NCBI GenBank assembly: GCA_002633005.1
Contig: NMRA01000827.1
Span: forward strand, 54,741 to 118,740
Reading direction: 5' to 3'
DNA: 64,000 nt
DNA from: Phoronis australis
Taxonomy: Eukaryota; Animalia; Phoronida
In this document: one piece after another, positions 41,543-55,544 of the stretch
Numbering within the stretch: the first letter of the stretch is position 1
Layout: every line of letters begins with the position of its first letter
Position numbers and translations under genes: made by a program
Notes under the pieces: generated by a model
Seen by the model: the letters and a program-made list of their open reading frames with translations, nothing else
What the model was told of the DNA's origin: nothing
Database searches by the model: none

Positions 41543-42226
41543 GGTTACATGTTCGGAGAAAAATCTTGTAGGGGCGAAACAAAATTCGGCACATGCAATT
41601 CTTGTGTATAAATTACCTTGCGAAGTCGTACAAGGATCGACGTTATGGATTCTATTACATAAATCATTTGCTCGTGTAGCCAGCCATTTGACCAGTGTTA
41701 ATGCCCTCAACCTTGAACTTGACCTCGGACACTGTATCTGATTGGACAACACGGCAAGCACGTGTGACTAATCATTCGCTGAGCAGGAACTCAGCCAACC
41801 TTCTTAAATTTGATACAAACGCTGTGTTATTACAGCCTGCTCGCAGTATTGTATGGTATCGATTATGAAATCAGCTGATTACATGACCTGTTTGTATTAG
41901 CTCGGGTGAATGCATTCACTGGCCCAGATTCAATTCAATGTGGTGACCCGGGAATGTCATAAAATGGAACGTGTGCAGTATTCGGAGACCGGGAAAAAGG
42001 TTGCCGACTATAAACGTGTTGCAACAAGCGTGGCGCAGATGTAGGTTTGCATTTTTAATGGTAAAAGTAACGTATTTGTAAACTAAGTAATCCCGCATTC
42101 GTACATCGTGTCGTAGCAGCTCATGTACTTTTCCCGGTGCATTCGTTTAGCGATACTAAACTAATTTCGAACGGCGTCAGTACTCACAATGCGGGAAAGG
42201 AAAAAACTAAGCCTAAAGAAATCAGG

Positions 42227-42238
42227 AATAATAATAAC

Positions 42239-42287
<49 letters not shown>

Positions 42288-42353
42288 TCAATTCACATAA
42301 CAATGTAAATAACAACAACAACAACAACAATAATAATGACAATAATAATAACA

Positions 42354-42384
<31 letters not shown>

Positions 42385-42415
42385 GAAGAAGAAGAAGCGC
42401 AAGAAGAACGAAGAA
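42227..42415. repeat. Compound (AAT)n/(AAC)n/(AAG)n microsatellite upstream of Mkx
   Basis: Direct reading of the sequence. Confidence 0.97.
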
Positions 42416-45400
42416 TTCGTTTAACTTGAGGAGGGGAGGACATGAATATGATTCATAACGGAATCACCACTATTCATTTTATTCTAGTGGATCAAAGTTC
42501 AAGCAATACAAAGGTCGTTCGTTTTCTGTCTAATACTGTCAGACGAGGGCGAGCAGTTATGCAAGACAATCTGTGCCGGATGGTTTTTCTGGGGACTTAT
42601 AAGCTGTAAGTAGTCTGGGGGGGACTCGGTTATTTTATATCATGCGCGCATCCAGCCTAAAAAATGGAGGTTTCGAATCTTCAAGAATGTGGACCTGTTA
42701 TTAAGATTCACTTGCTACGTTCAGAGCTATGAATTGTGCATTCGCCGAATTTTGGTAGTTCCTGCCTTTTTAGTGGACTTTTGTCACTTTTTCTACTTTA
42801 TTCGGAGTTTTTGTTTCTCAGAGGCAGACCTTTTTGCCTACTTCGCCCCCTCCCCCTTGGGTGCGCGCATGTATAAAGCCGCTCTCCGGAGCTCGTAATA
42901 AAGATGAAATGATAGAAAAATATTACATCTGTGCGTACCTAAAAACACAGATGCGCAAAAGATTTAGGGACCTTAGTTGAGTTCCTGTTTGGGACTGTTT
43001 CATGCAACCGGCCACAGGATAATGTCTATATATGCAACCATAGATACTCGTTATCTACACTCTACAGTCTATGATGCAACGCATCGGTTCAGTTTAAAAT
43101 CAGGACGGGTGAAATGGAGTCACTTTAAAAACATTTTGAATCCCATTGATAGGCAGCGGCTACAGTGAACACCAACATGTCAAAACCAACGTTTCATGTT
43201 ATCTTTACAGATCAGTGACTTGACCTGCCCTTAATTATTCAAGTTCCTGGATCCGCCCTTCCAACCAATACAAGTTGCCCGGCGCCGCCGTGGATTGAAT
43301 ATTTGGTAGTCGCTCCGAAGAGTCTGTTTCTTCTCCGGCCAAGCGCAGTTACTTAAAAACCCCAAATTTAATCTATACGCTAGACAAACACTGTTAACAT
43401 ATTGTTTTATAGTAAACACAATCTTTGTTGTAAAACAACAGTCTGTACTTATGTTTCATGTTTGTGTTGATTTATCAAACACATGTCTGTGCTATGTTAA
43501 TTCAGTCTTTTGTATAGGCACGTGTCAGTCACAGTGTTTTGATATGTGGTATGAATTTTAATATAATATAATTACTAAATGTAGTTTTATAAAGCGATCT
43601 GCACTAACTATTATCGTTATGTTATGTCAATACGCTGTACAATGTGCTGAAGCCCAAAACTGGAACATTGAAAACATAGCGGAATGCCAGCCTGTTCGCA
43701 AGCTCTTGTGTAACTCAAACTTCTGAGACGGCGTTATTGTACAACTTGCTTGGTGTTGACGTCATGTCAACAATCTGTTTTAGTCCGACGTCTTATGTTG
43801 CATTGAATCAGCCAATAAAAGTACGTCAGCTCCGTCGGTAAACTGAACTTTTGAATAACAATTCCGTTAGATTTCTGAGCAGTGTTCTGTTTCCACTCTA
43901 CGACATCCTGCTTGTTGTCTGCGCACTCCCATCTCATTTTGGGACCTGTTTCGATTGAAATGTCGCTACTTTAACGATGTTTTATAATCCTTACACCAAA
44001 ACTTATGGCTCTTCTTCAGTGCGACGTTTAGACTCTGTGCAAATAATCGTTAAGTAGTGTTGGTATAATTTACTGAAATAAGCCCCCAACGATGGACGTT
44101 TACACGACACGAGAACACTGTAGGCATTATATCATATACGTGTATATGCATCTCATATGTAAGCTGTTTGGCATTAACAACTTGATTCTTACTCAGATTA
44201 GAAGTGTTTCTTCGGATTTGAGAAGAATTCATAGCTCGTTATTGCTTGCCATGCTCCTAGTGTAGGGCCGTAGGAAGCGCGGGGCCAGGGGGGAGGGGGG
44301 ACACGGGCTCCCAAAAAAATTGTAGTCGTCATGGTTAAACCGTGGCAACCGACATACGCGTGGGGCCTTGGACAGTCGAGAAAAGACTGCGAATAAAGAT
44401 GAGTGAAAATTCAAGAGAACATTTGACAACTCCGTATCTGTGCCCTGCATCCCTACTTCTTAGATTCTGGTTATTCCTGTAGCCTGCCCCCCCCCCTCCC
44501 CAACTCAAAATCCTGGATCTGCCCCTGGTAACGTGTAAATTTGAACATAGTATCTTTTTGTTACATTTCAGTTGACCTACTAGTGTCTGTTATATTGCAG
44601 GTAATAAAAGAGTAACCCCCTCCCCAGCCTGTTTTCAAGTTGTTTTGCTCCAACAAATAATTTTAGCACTTATAACCGTGGTAGTTGTTACCGCGGGACG
44701 CAATGAGCAAGGAAAAGAAAATTTGCTGTGAATCGGCGCTGTGAGACTGCAGTCAAGAAAATCTGACTCTAGAGGAGTTTGACAAATAAAAACAAGTACC
44801 CCAATCTATGTCCCCATCGGCCTGCTTCGAAACAATCTGCTTTGAAAAAAATCCCTTGACGTTGATCCTGATGTAAAATTTTGTGGCTACAGATTGATAC
44901 ACAGATTTTCATAACTTCGTAAATATGTTTAAATGTCCAACATGTACCAGTTATTGTATACACACTGCAGAATGACAATCGCCGGCAGAACGCAACTAGA
45001 AATTGCGGTTTATGACCCTTCAATCGCGTATAGGAATGTCTAGCATGACGTTTCATTGCGCCCAGTGTGACGGGATGTCTATCCTAATTTAAGGGTCAAA
45101 ATTGCGTCACAGGCTACTGCCATGACACGTCATCACTAAATATCCGAATAATGATGGTGAGGTGGATAGGTGTCCCGTATTCGAAACACTCTTTATGATT
45201 CCTGGATGTTTGGTTATATGGGTTTGCTTAGCCGCCGTTCAGTAACGCTAGAACCTCGCTAAAAGCAAGACTTCACGAAATTACGTGAGATATTGCCGTG
45301 CATTTTAAATGAGAACACGTGACTTTGATTACGTTTTAGCTAGGTCCTAGCGTAGGTCCTAGCATCTACTGAACGCACGCCAGGTTGACTAGGAAGCGGT

Positions 45401-46498
45401 GCTTTCATCCACCGCGTACAAAATGCCATTCACCGACGAAGACGCTGTGAGCCACAAAATGACATCGACAACTATCATGATGGAAGTTTTTAAAAGCTAA
45501 AAATGAAAAAAACTATATGAGTATCATGCTGGATTATGGTGAGACTGATATAAATGTCCTTGTAGACATGCCATTACCTCCATTATGCAAGCCTGTCAAC
45601 AAGAAAAAAGCGGGTAAGTTGAGATTCTCGAATATTTAAACGCCATTCACTAGAAATTAACTATTTTGACACATGGTCATCACGATAAACGCTTTATTTC
45701 GAAAATTATAAAACATAACTGCATGAAACTTCCAGGGCATATTTATTTCGATTTATGCTGACTGATGAAGGTAAAATATCTGTACTGTAACTTCAGTGAA
45801 TTACCTTTCGCCACGGATTAGTGACAAGTTTTTGATAATTTTGTTCTCGAAATTACTAGTTAAAGTTCACACTTTTTTCTTCAGTGTGTTTTGGTTTTCT
45901 TAGCTTAACCACGTTAGAAGTGATGTGAAGAAACTGTATAGTTTAACTTTCATACTTACTGCAATCACATACTTTGGTAGAACATTAAAAGACCTTGATA
46001 CATGTACAGTATATTGCGTAAAATTGGGTTTGGCGGCCATTTTGAAAACTAATTTATATATCATTCACATGAACCAGATTATTTTTTTTCATATTTAATA
46101 TGTACTGAATTGTCATTTAGAAACGTAATCAAACTGATATCTTTGTTTTAAAACCATTTGTTTATTTTCTTGGAAAATAAGCCACTAATCCTTGTAGGTT
46201 ACTTAAGAGAAAAAAACACTTGTTTCCTTGTTGTTGTGTGTGATATGGTGAAGCAGTGCGATGTATGACAGCAGGTTAAAAGTACAGACATGACAAAACA
46301 GAGATCTCTTTCGGCTTTAACTTTACACCTGTGTTAATGTCGCACGTTTCGCGTCAGTTTTTAATCTCGAAATAAGGCGTGGCATAACTCATTTTTTTCG
46401 GCAGAGAGTCACCTATGTTGCCGCTGCCCAGTTGTACCTTTCAATTTTGCATGTTTGAGCAAACGGGGAGATTTACAAAGAGCACTCCGGCTTATGTC

Positions 46499-46836
46499 TA
46501 CTATATTGTATATACAGTTCGTAGTAGTCTACATGTTATTGCACGCCAAAACATTAACCTACGTTGACTATATTGTATTTACAGTTCGTAGTAGTCTACA
46601 TGTTATTGCACGCCAAAACATCAACCTACGTTGACTATATTGTATATACAGTTCCTAGTAGTCTACATGTTATTGCACGCCAAATCATTAACCTACGTTG
46701 ACTATATTGTATATACAGTTCGTAGTAGTCTACATGTTATTGCACGCCAAAACATTAACCTACGTTGACTATATTGTATATACAGTTCGTAGTAGTCTAC
46801 ATGTTATTGCACACCAAAACATTAACCTACATTGAC
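46499..46836. repeat. 67-bp minisatellite, ~5 copies
   Basis: Unit ACTATATTGTATATACAGTTCGTAGTAGTCTACATGTTATTGCACGCCAAAACATTAACCTACGTTG. Confidence 0.95.
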
Positions 46837-47794
46837 AACATCTGCATCTGTCGCAAAGGTAAACATAGTCACCAAACAATGCACAGATTCAAATGTATTG
46901 ATGTTCCGTCCGTATCATTTAGAAACAGTTAGCAACCCCTGAAATTTTAACAATAGTTGTCACCAGGCAAGTTCATTGACACATGTGCGATTGACCGCGA
47001 GTGCACCGAGAGCAGCGCCATCGTTTGACCATGGAAAGTCGTAGCATAATCTTCGTCTTCAGCGGTCAGTATGAGGTCGGATTTCGGGCTTCTTTAAATC
47101 AAAGATTCTAGATGCCTAAGAGAAATCAGACGCACCGTTTCTAATACACAACCAATTAACCCTTTCACTGCATCACCCCGGCCAACCCGCGATCGATAAC
47201 GACCGGAAGGCGATCGGAACGAAATTTGGCGCGAGAAGCGAAGCCAGAAAATGTAAATAAACTTGATGAATTTTTGGTTGTTTTGAGCTTCAATACGAAA
47301 ACAGAGACATGAGTTCAAGGCGTAACACATTGAGGAAGGACAGGTAGAAGTTTAGGCTTGTGTCTCGTCCAAATATTGGAGAAAAGTTACGTTAACCGAT
47401 GCATCGCTTGAGCCGAAGGTGATTTGTATGTCATTTTTGCAGATTTTGGTTATTTTTAGTTATATATCAATATATTAATCATCAAGTTATGAAGAATTGA
47501 CGAATGAAAATGTAACCCAACGCTTGTTTTCCGTAGCATTGTCAGGATCTCTGATTTATGAACCTTTTTCTGTTACTAAGAAGCGATCGAGAACGCAATG
47601 AAAGCGATCGGGAACGCACATTTGAGTTCGCTAAAGCGATCGGGAACGCATTGCGATGTGTTGAACATTAGTGAACTTTTCAGCAATAAAGAGTTTTAAA
47701 AGTTACAAAACAAGTGTGGTTCAATGAATTAATGATATTTTGCATCATTACTGTGTTACTTTCGTGTCAAAAACTAAATTTCATAGCATAGCAT

Positions 47795-48081
47795 CCCATA
47801 CCAAAAAGGCCTCCTGCAAACACTTGCAGCAAGCTTGCCGCAAAAGTTTCTGCAAACCAGCCACAAACACATGGAATGATCTGTTGTAAGTTTCCTGCAA
47901 CCCAGCCGCAAATATTGCAGCAAGCTTGCTGCATGTTTCCCACTAGCATGCAGCAAACTTTCACCATGCAAATGAAGTTTGCAGCAAGCCCTCAGCAAAC
48001 ATCTCCATGTCCTTATTTGTAACAGTTCCTGCACGGCAGCTACACACATTGCTGCAAGCTTGCTGCAAACATCTTCATGGG
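47795..48081. mobile_element. TGCA(G)CAAG-rich non-autonomous element with CCCAT...ATGGG ends, in transposase intron 1
   Basis: Many TTGCAGCAAGCTTGC-type subterminal repeats and short inverted ends. No clear TSD. Confidence 0.5.
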
Positions 48082-49566
48082 GTTATGGATATTTTCACAA
48101 ATGATGTTATTTTTATTTCAGGAAACAATTTCATTGTTATTATTGCCCGGCAAGCTTCATCGACCATGAAAAAAATCATTGCCCACGCTGTGGCGGTGCA
48201 CCCTTCCAGGGTTTTAAAGTACAGGCGTCTCCTTTTAGATGTAACTACTGGGAAAATGGGACTCCAAACTAAGACGCACCCAGGAGTTATTCCAGGAGAC
48301 GTATCAGCTGGGGGAAAACAAATTGTTGCGGCTGATGAAAGTGAGTGTCGAATATTTTTACAAAACTGCGACAACAAAAGAAAAAACCGAACACGCCAGT
48401 GAAGTCAAGCAATGATAGTGAGTTTGCCAAAGAAAATCTGAAAATAGATGAGACTCCCAGTAATGAAGAATTAGAGTTTGACAAGTTGTGCTTCTTGCTT
48501 CCCCAAGTCATAGAGACAATGAAAGAAAATGGTCTCGTGGAATCTTACGTGAAACTGAATGAACTTCTTGCCTCAGGTAGACTGCCTTTGAACAACATAT
48601 GTTTCCTACTATTCCTGGATATAGTTGAGTGGTTTTCGGTGGAAAACACTTCCAAAATGCGTTACCAAAACCCACAAACTCTTCGGTTCTGGGAAATTGG
48701 CTACCAGCTATTTCATGGAAAGTTCATCAGATTTATGTCTGGACAACGAAACACAGGTCAGATTTTAGACCAGTCAACAGCAAGGGGAGAGTATACATGT
48801 AGCCCAGGTGAATCCAAAGTGAACTTTGCAGTGCCATCTCTGACTACATTACAACATAACCTTTCTAAAAGGAGTCCGTTTTTTCCAGGAATAAACAGGC
48901 AGACAATTGAAAATATAGCCCACACTTATGAAAGCTCTCCTGCAATTTTAGCTGTGGATGGAAAAAAATATTGACCTGTGGGGTTTTGAACCAAATTCAA
49001 CTTTTCAGGAAAGACTGAACCAAGTTGAACGAGAAGTAGAATTCGTGAATGAGCTAACAAAAGAAACGGATTTACTAATGACCTATAGTGTTCAGACCAT
49101 TAGTGCAATACCCTCAACGTCACGTGAAAAAATTCATTCCGGACTCGTTGAATTGGTTAAGTTCATAGGATATCGTAATAAAACAATGAGAGACACTGAA
49201 CAGACGCTAATCCGCTCTGACAAAACGCAGTGAAATTCGTGCCCACCTAAAAGAAGGTCTTCAGCTGTCAGACAAGATCACAAAATTGGGAATTGACCTA
49301 AATGGGAAATCAAACCTTTATTTCGAGAAGTTAGTTAAGCTTGCAGAACAACAGAACTTTTATTCACTGAACCCGAACTTCAATAAGTCAACTGATCCAC
49401 GTTACATGCAACAAAGAACTCCGGAGTGGTTTTCTTTGCGCAGGGAAGCGAAAGTTACTGGAAGTACAGCCAATTGTGCACTCGGCTTAGAGACCTTAAA
49501 AAGACAAAAAGAACATTTTCATCAAGTAATTCACGGCATAGAAAAACCTGGTCACAGTGCACTTAA

Positions 49567-52500
49567 GTATCAGTCCACGGATCCACCGACCACAGTACAG
49601 CCAACAAGCGGCAAGGTGGGGGGTCAACCATTCAGATCCATGATTAGTCTGATCAATCACATTAGGGATAAGAGAAAATGGGTGAAGTATGACACCACAA
49701 AGTTTGGTGGTTTAGGAGATAGAAGGGAAGTGTTCTGGGGTGCAAAATGAAGCAATTTCTTGGTGTGGAATGAGTCATTTTTGACCAAATTTTCTACTCC
49801 AGTTTCTGCTTCAAACAGAATCGTTTCTGAACAATTTTGATATCACATAATAGGTTCATGACCAATGTCAGTAAAAACGGCACCGAAACTGCAATATCGG
49901 TTACCATGGTAACACTGGAACTGTTTCCGTGGAGGTACGACGTTTCCGTCTTGTGAAAAACCAGCAGTAAGCTGTACCCTTATAGCGAAGCTGCCCCCAC
50001 AAGAAAACTAAAAATAATAACATGGACATGTAGAAGACTCCATGCCCTTGAAATTAATACAATAAAAACTTTGTCAGCCCTTCATGCAGGCTTGGTAATA
50101 GGTGTCTGAATTTCACTATTTTCAGACCGCGTATGTGTATTTGTCATGTTAAACCAGTCACTAGTTGTGAGCCGTTTCTACGCATTAATATGCCGTGGTA
50201 TAATACAACAATTAAAACAATTGGTTTGCTTAAATGTTTTTAATTAATTTTAAGGACACTAGCATTTCCCAATAAAATATGAAATTATACTAAATTTGTT
50301 CATCCAATTCGTCTGAATACCAAACTAAATTTTACAATGCGTTAGTTGAATGATGGCTGACCTAAAGTTCGGGTTTGCGAATTTATCTATTTATCTGGCA
50401 CTGCCAGTCGCATCAAATGTGGTATTTCTACAAATTGCGGAGGGAAACAACTTTGGAAACTCTAGGGAAATGCACAAGGTATAGAGCGAGACATTTAGCA
50501 CCTTATAACAGTACGTGGAGCTGATGTGGAGGTGGAACGTGTCCTCCTGAGTAGTCTGTCTCAGTGTCTGCCTCGGGGGCACTATGTGAAGCAGGAGCTA
50601 CATAATCTACCGTATTAGGTTCACTTGCCCGAATCATCGTTACAACACTCGAGATATATTGGCGTCGCCAAAGACACTTAGAACATCCACTGCACACTAG
50701 AGGAAAAATCTGATACAGGTCTGAAAACTGACCAAAGACGTTAAGCCAAGGTTTAACGTCCTGCTTCGTGTGAGCTCAGGTAGGAATCACTAAACTCCAG
50801 GGTCAGAACCTGAGGAATATTTTTAGAAACACGTCATTCATGCAAAAATACTTTTATTGACACACCGTGATTGCTTATAACTTGGGCCTTATTGCTTAAT
50901 CATATCTTATTCAAATGTGTTGATGTTTATGCAACTACATGTATACATTGGCACAGAAAATAGGTACAGTCATCATAACTTTTCATAACAACCACCAAAT
51001 GTGTAACATGACTTCTTCCCATGAACTACTTTTAGAGACTAGGGAGTATGTTTTTGTCTACCAATGATTTTCTGCGATTATGAAGTTAATTAAACATGCT
51101 AAAGCTGTCAGAAATATTGGTGCCTTCACTTTAGCTTGGTATTCATATTTTGTGAGCTGAAATGGCCACATTAAATTTAATATGTTTAATTTTTCATTAA
51201 TACAATTTTAGGAATCAGGGTATAGAAAAGTTCACAACCAGCAAGAAGGTACCCTTCTGGACAACTAAGTGAGGGGGCTAGAGAGAGGCCGAAAAGTCTA
51301 CTACCAGAAGATATGTCAAAGAGAATTTTTAGCTTGAGGAACGAGTTGGGGAAAAAGTATTTGCCAAAGATTACTGGCTTATACCACAACAGGTCCAAAG
51401 TAATTTGTTGAGATAGGCCACTTTCAGCAAATGTGGGGAAACTGGGACAGACGAAGTGGTGTATGCATAGAAAGAGGCAATCTGCGATTGTCAAGGATGT
51501 AGCAAGATTGTAAAAATTCAAAGGGAGGAAACAGTACAGTGGCTGGACCTGTAAATACTATGGCTGATCTGCTAAATCCAGTGGGGGTATTAATGTATCA
51601 GCACAGCTGTGTAGGGAAGTAGGCTTGTGTGTTGTCGCAAGCTTTGTTTGCACCAGAACTGCTTGTGTGAACAGTACAAATCTAAAATTTACCTAGTCTA
51701 AGACTGAATTTTTGTCCAGGCACGGATTATGATCCTGCGCCACATGGTAATGGTACATTGTTCACTTTGTTTAGCCGCTGGATTTTTTGGTCTGACAGGA
51801 TTTCTCAGTGTCGCCATCACATTTAGATCATTTCTGACCACTGTACTATTCTTTTTCCTTGAAGATGCGTAATTGATCTGAATTTATGTTTCCGCATTTT
51901 ATTTACCATTATAGATTTTTGTTTGTAAATGGGTATATATTACTGAAATTTGAGACCCTGTCGCAGTTAGGCTGGTTTTGTTAACTTATCTTTCTGCCTG
52001 AGTTGGTAAACCCATATTCTGTCCAGGAGGTAATAAGTTTTGATTTAGACCATTTACCTCTTTAAACTTTGCTCAGTTTGTTCCTTATCCAGATGGGAAG
52101 TGATTTCTGGAATTGTAGCGAATTGACAGTTTGCTATTCCTTAAGACCATTCTGTGTGTATAAAATCACACACTATTATTCTGGTCTCTAGCAATTGCAT
52201 ATTGCCAGATCTTTCAAAGTTCTGAAATTGCTCAAAAGTGACCTGGAAGTAATACCTATTTTGTGATGGTAAAATATCTAAATCAAAAGTTGTTTTATAT
52301 GAGTTTAGGCGAGTTTATGTCCACTTCAAATGATTTTTTGTTGCAGTACTGAAAAATATTGGCACATTAGCTATGGTGGTTCCTAGTTTTTTTGGCGAAT
52401 TGACCATTTTATGGTTCCCGTGGGTAATTTTGTTACTGGTCTAGTATGTATGTACAACTGTAATCGTAGGGCAATTGTAATGCAAACCATGTTGCAANAC

Positions 52501-55500
52501 CTTATAAGAGTACGTGGAGCTGATGTGGAGGTGGAACGTGTCCTCCTGAGTAGTCTGTCTCAGTGTCTGCCTCGAGGCACTGTGCAGTAGGAGCTACATA
52601 ATCTACCGTATTAGTTTTGCCCGAATCATCGTTACAACACTCGAGATATGTTGGCGTCGCCAAAGACACTTAGAACATCCACTGCACACCTGATAGAGGT
52701 CTGAAAAATTACCAAAGACGTTTAAAGTCAAGGTTCAACGTCCTGCTTCGTGTGAGCTCAGGTAGGAATCACTAAACTCAGGGGGTCTGACCCTGAGGAA
52801 TATTTTTAGAAGCCCGTCATTCATGCAAAAATACTTGTATTGACACACCATGATTGCTTATAACTTGGGCCTTATTGCTTAATCATATCTTATCCAAATG
52901 TGTTGATGTTTATGCAACTACATGTATACATTGGCATAGAAAATAAGGTTGTCATCATAACGTTTCATAAGAACCACCAAATGTGTAACATGACTTCTGC
53001 GGTACTTGATGAAAATCTCTGATCCCTCATACAAAACAGATGGTTACATTTTCTGCGATTATGAAGTTAATAAAACATGCTAAAGCTGTCAGAAATATTG
53101 GTGCCTTCACTTTAGCTTAATTGGTATTCATATTTTGTGAGCCGAAATGGCCACATTAAATTTAATCTGTTTAATTTTTCATTAATACAATTTTAGGAAT
53201 CAGGAAAGGCTTATGCTGAAGAAGTGGCTTCTGCTGAAGTTGGAGACTTGCCGATTATTAGTAAAGGTTGGGTATAGAAAAGTTCACAACCAGCAAGAAG
53301 GTACCCTTCTGGACAACTAAGTGAGGGGGCTAGAGAGAGGCCGAGAAGTCTACTACCAGAAGATATGTCAAAGAGAATGTGTAGCTTGAGGAACGAGTTG
53401 GGGAAAAAGTATTTGCCAAAGATTACTGGCTTATACCACAACAGGTCCAAAGTAATTTGTTGAGGGAGGAAACAGTACAGTGGCTGGACCTGTAAATACT
53501 ATGGCTGATCTGCTAAATCCAGTGGGGGCATTAATGTATCAGCACAGCTGTGTAGGGAAGTCGCAAGCTTTGTTTGCACCAGAACTGATTGTGTGAACAG
53601 CACAAATCTAAAATTTACCTAGTCTAAGACTGAATTTTTGTCCAGGCACGGATTATGATCCTGCGCCACATGGTAATGGTACATTGTTCATTTTTTTTAG
53701 CCGCTGGATTTTTTGGTCTGACAGGATTTCTCAGTGTCGCCATCACATTTAGATGATTTCTGACCACTGTACTATTCTTTTTCCTTGAAGATGCGTAATT
53801 GATCTGAATTTATGTTTCCGCATTTTATTTATCATTATAGATTTTTGTTTGTAAATGGGTATATATTACTGAAATTTGAGATCCTGTTGCAGTTAGGCTG
53901 GTTTTGTTAACTTATCTTTCTGCCTGGGTTGGTAAACCCATATTCTGTCCAGGAGGTAATAAGTTTTAATTTAGACCATTTACCTCTATAAACTTTGATC
54001 AGTTTGTTCCTTATCCAGATGGGAAGTGATTTCTGGAATTGTAGCGAATTGACAGTTTGCTATTCTTTGAGACCATGCTGTGTGTATAAAATCGCACACT
54101 ATTAGACTGGTCTCTAGCAATTGCATATTGCCAGATCTTTCAATGTTCTGAAATTACTCAAAAGTGACCTGGAAGTAATACCTATTTCGTGATGGTAAAA
54201 TATCTAAATCAAAAGTTGTTTAATGTGAGTTTAGGCGAGTTTATGTCCACTTCAAATGATTTTTTGTTGCAGTACTGAAAAATATTGGCACATTAGTTAT
54301 GGTGGCTCCTAGTTTTTTTGGCGAATTGACCATTTTATGGTTCCCATGGGTAATTTTGTTACTGGTCTAGTATGTATGTACAACTGTAATCGTAGGGCAA
54401 TTGTAATGCAAACCATGTTGCAAAAGTATGTTTTCATGACCATTTCATTGTAAAATGCTGCCTAATTGGAACCGACAAGCCAATTTTTCATTTTGTGGTG
54501 GTTAGTTTTGATAAGAACATTGATGTGGTAAATACAGCTACCTCAAGTTTATGAAGAAGAGATTTCCAGTGTTGTCAGCGATATTGCGAAGAAATCACTT
54601 TTTCGCAATGAGACTGCATCACCTTAAATGTAATTCCCTGACTTTATGGGCTTTGTGTGGTTGACTCTGTCCTGTAGCAATTAGAGTGTTGTAAAGATCT
54701 AGAAGGCATTTTTTTATTAGAGTCATAACATTTGCACTCTGGACTGTACAGTTATCTTTGCATTGCATTACGAAAACATTTTGTAGTACACAAGTCTCTG
54801 GTTGGTATTTTATATTTTTTTCACGAGGAATATTTTCAACTTAGATGAGTTTTCTGTGAGGTAGGCAATTTTCAAATAAGATAATGAATAAAATTGTCAA
54901 ACATTGTTTTATTTTTTAGATATGTCATCTTCCAATAAGTGATTACTTTTAAAAAACCTGTGCAGAATTTGATTTTTACTCTTCATTTGAAGGAGAATAA
55001 ATCCATAAACCTGCATTGTCTAGAAATTTTACTCAAACTACATAATACAGGGTTGGGGACTGGAATCTTAATACAACAGAGTCTGAACCCGTACCATGAG
55101 CAATACAACACAACACACGGATATAAAAATTTGGTGTTTAGGTTCCACGGAAAGGATTCGTGCGCGCGGTAATAGTTACTAAGGTGCGTGGTCATTGTTT
55201 GTGAATACTTTGGGATTCCTCTTCTGTGGTCATCCACGGGAAACCTGGTCGCATAGAGAACAATAGATTAGCATCTTCATTGTTTCCGTTGTTATAATAA
55301 AGATATAATGACGAGCACTTATCGGCAACGGTCTGATGTACGCAAGGTTCTATATCCATGCAACCTGTGTTGTTACATCCAACAATGACACAACGAAGGA
55401 AAACAATGANTTTAGAAAAACGCAATATTTTGAGGAAATATTTTACCGCTGTTTATAGATCCCATAGGACTACCTATGTGCCAAATTTGGTGAAAATCGG

Positions 55501-55544
55501 CTGACCCCCACCTTGCCGCTCATGGCTGGTGCTCTCGTGGACTA
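49567..55544. mobile_element. ~6 kb nested TIR element (Academ-like termini), decayed
   Basis: Left end AGTCCACG..CAGCCA..AGCGGCAAGGTGGGGGTCA; right end TGACCCCCACCTTGCCGCT..TGGCTG..CGTGGACTA. Flanked by GCACTTAA on both sides. Removing it restores the host reading frame. Confidence 0.8.
50501..54423. repeat. ~2 kb tandem duplication (50501-52497 and 52500-54423)
   Basis: Both units start CCTTATAA.AGTACGTGGAGCTGATG and end TGCAAACCATGTTGCAA. A single n sits at the junction (52498). The units have reciprocal indels. Confidence 0.92.

Noticed and set aside
42137-42424. Poly-Asn and poly-Leu ORFs
   Set aside because: Translations of an (AAT)n microsatellite.
51186-53450. Duplicated minus-strand ORFs inside the nested element
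   Set aside because: No recognisable domain, and the opposite strand has multiple stops. They cannot be called a transposase by eye.
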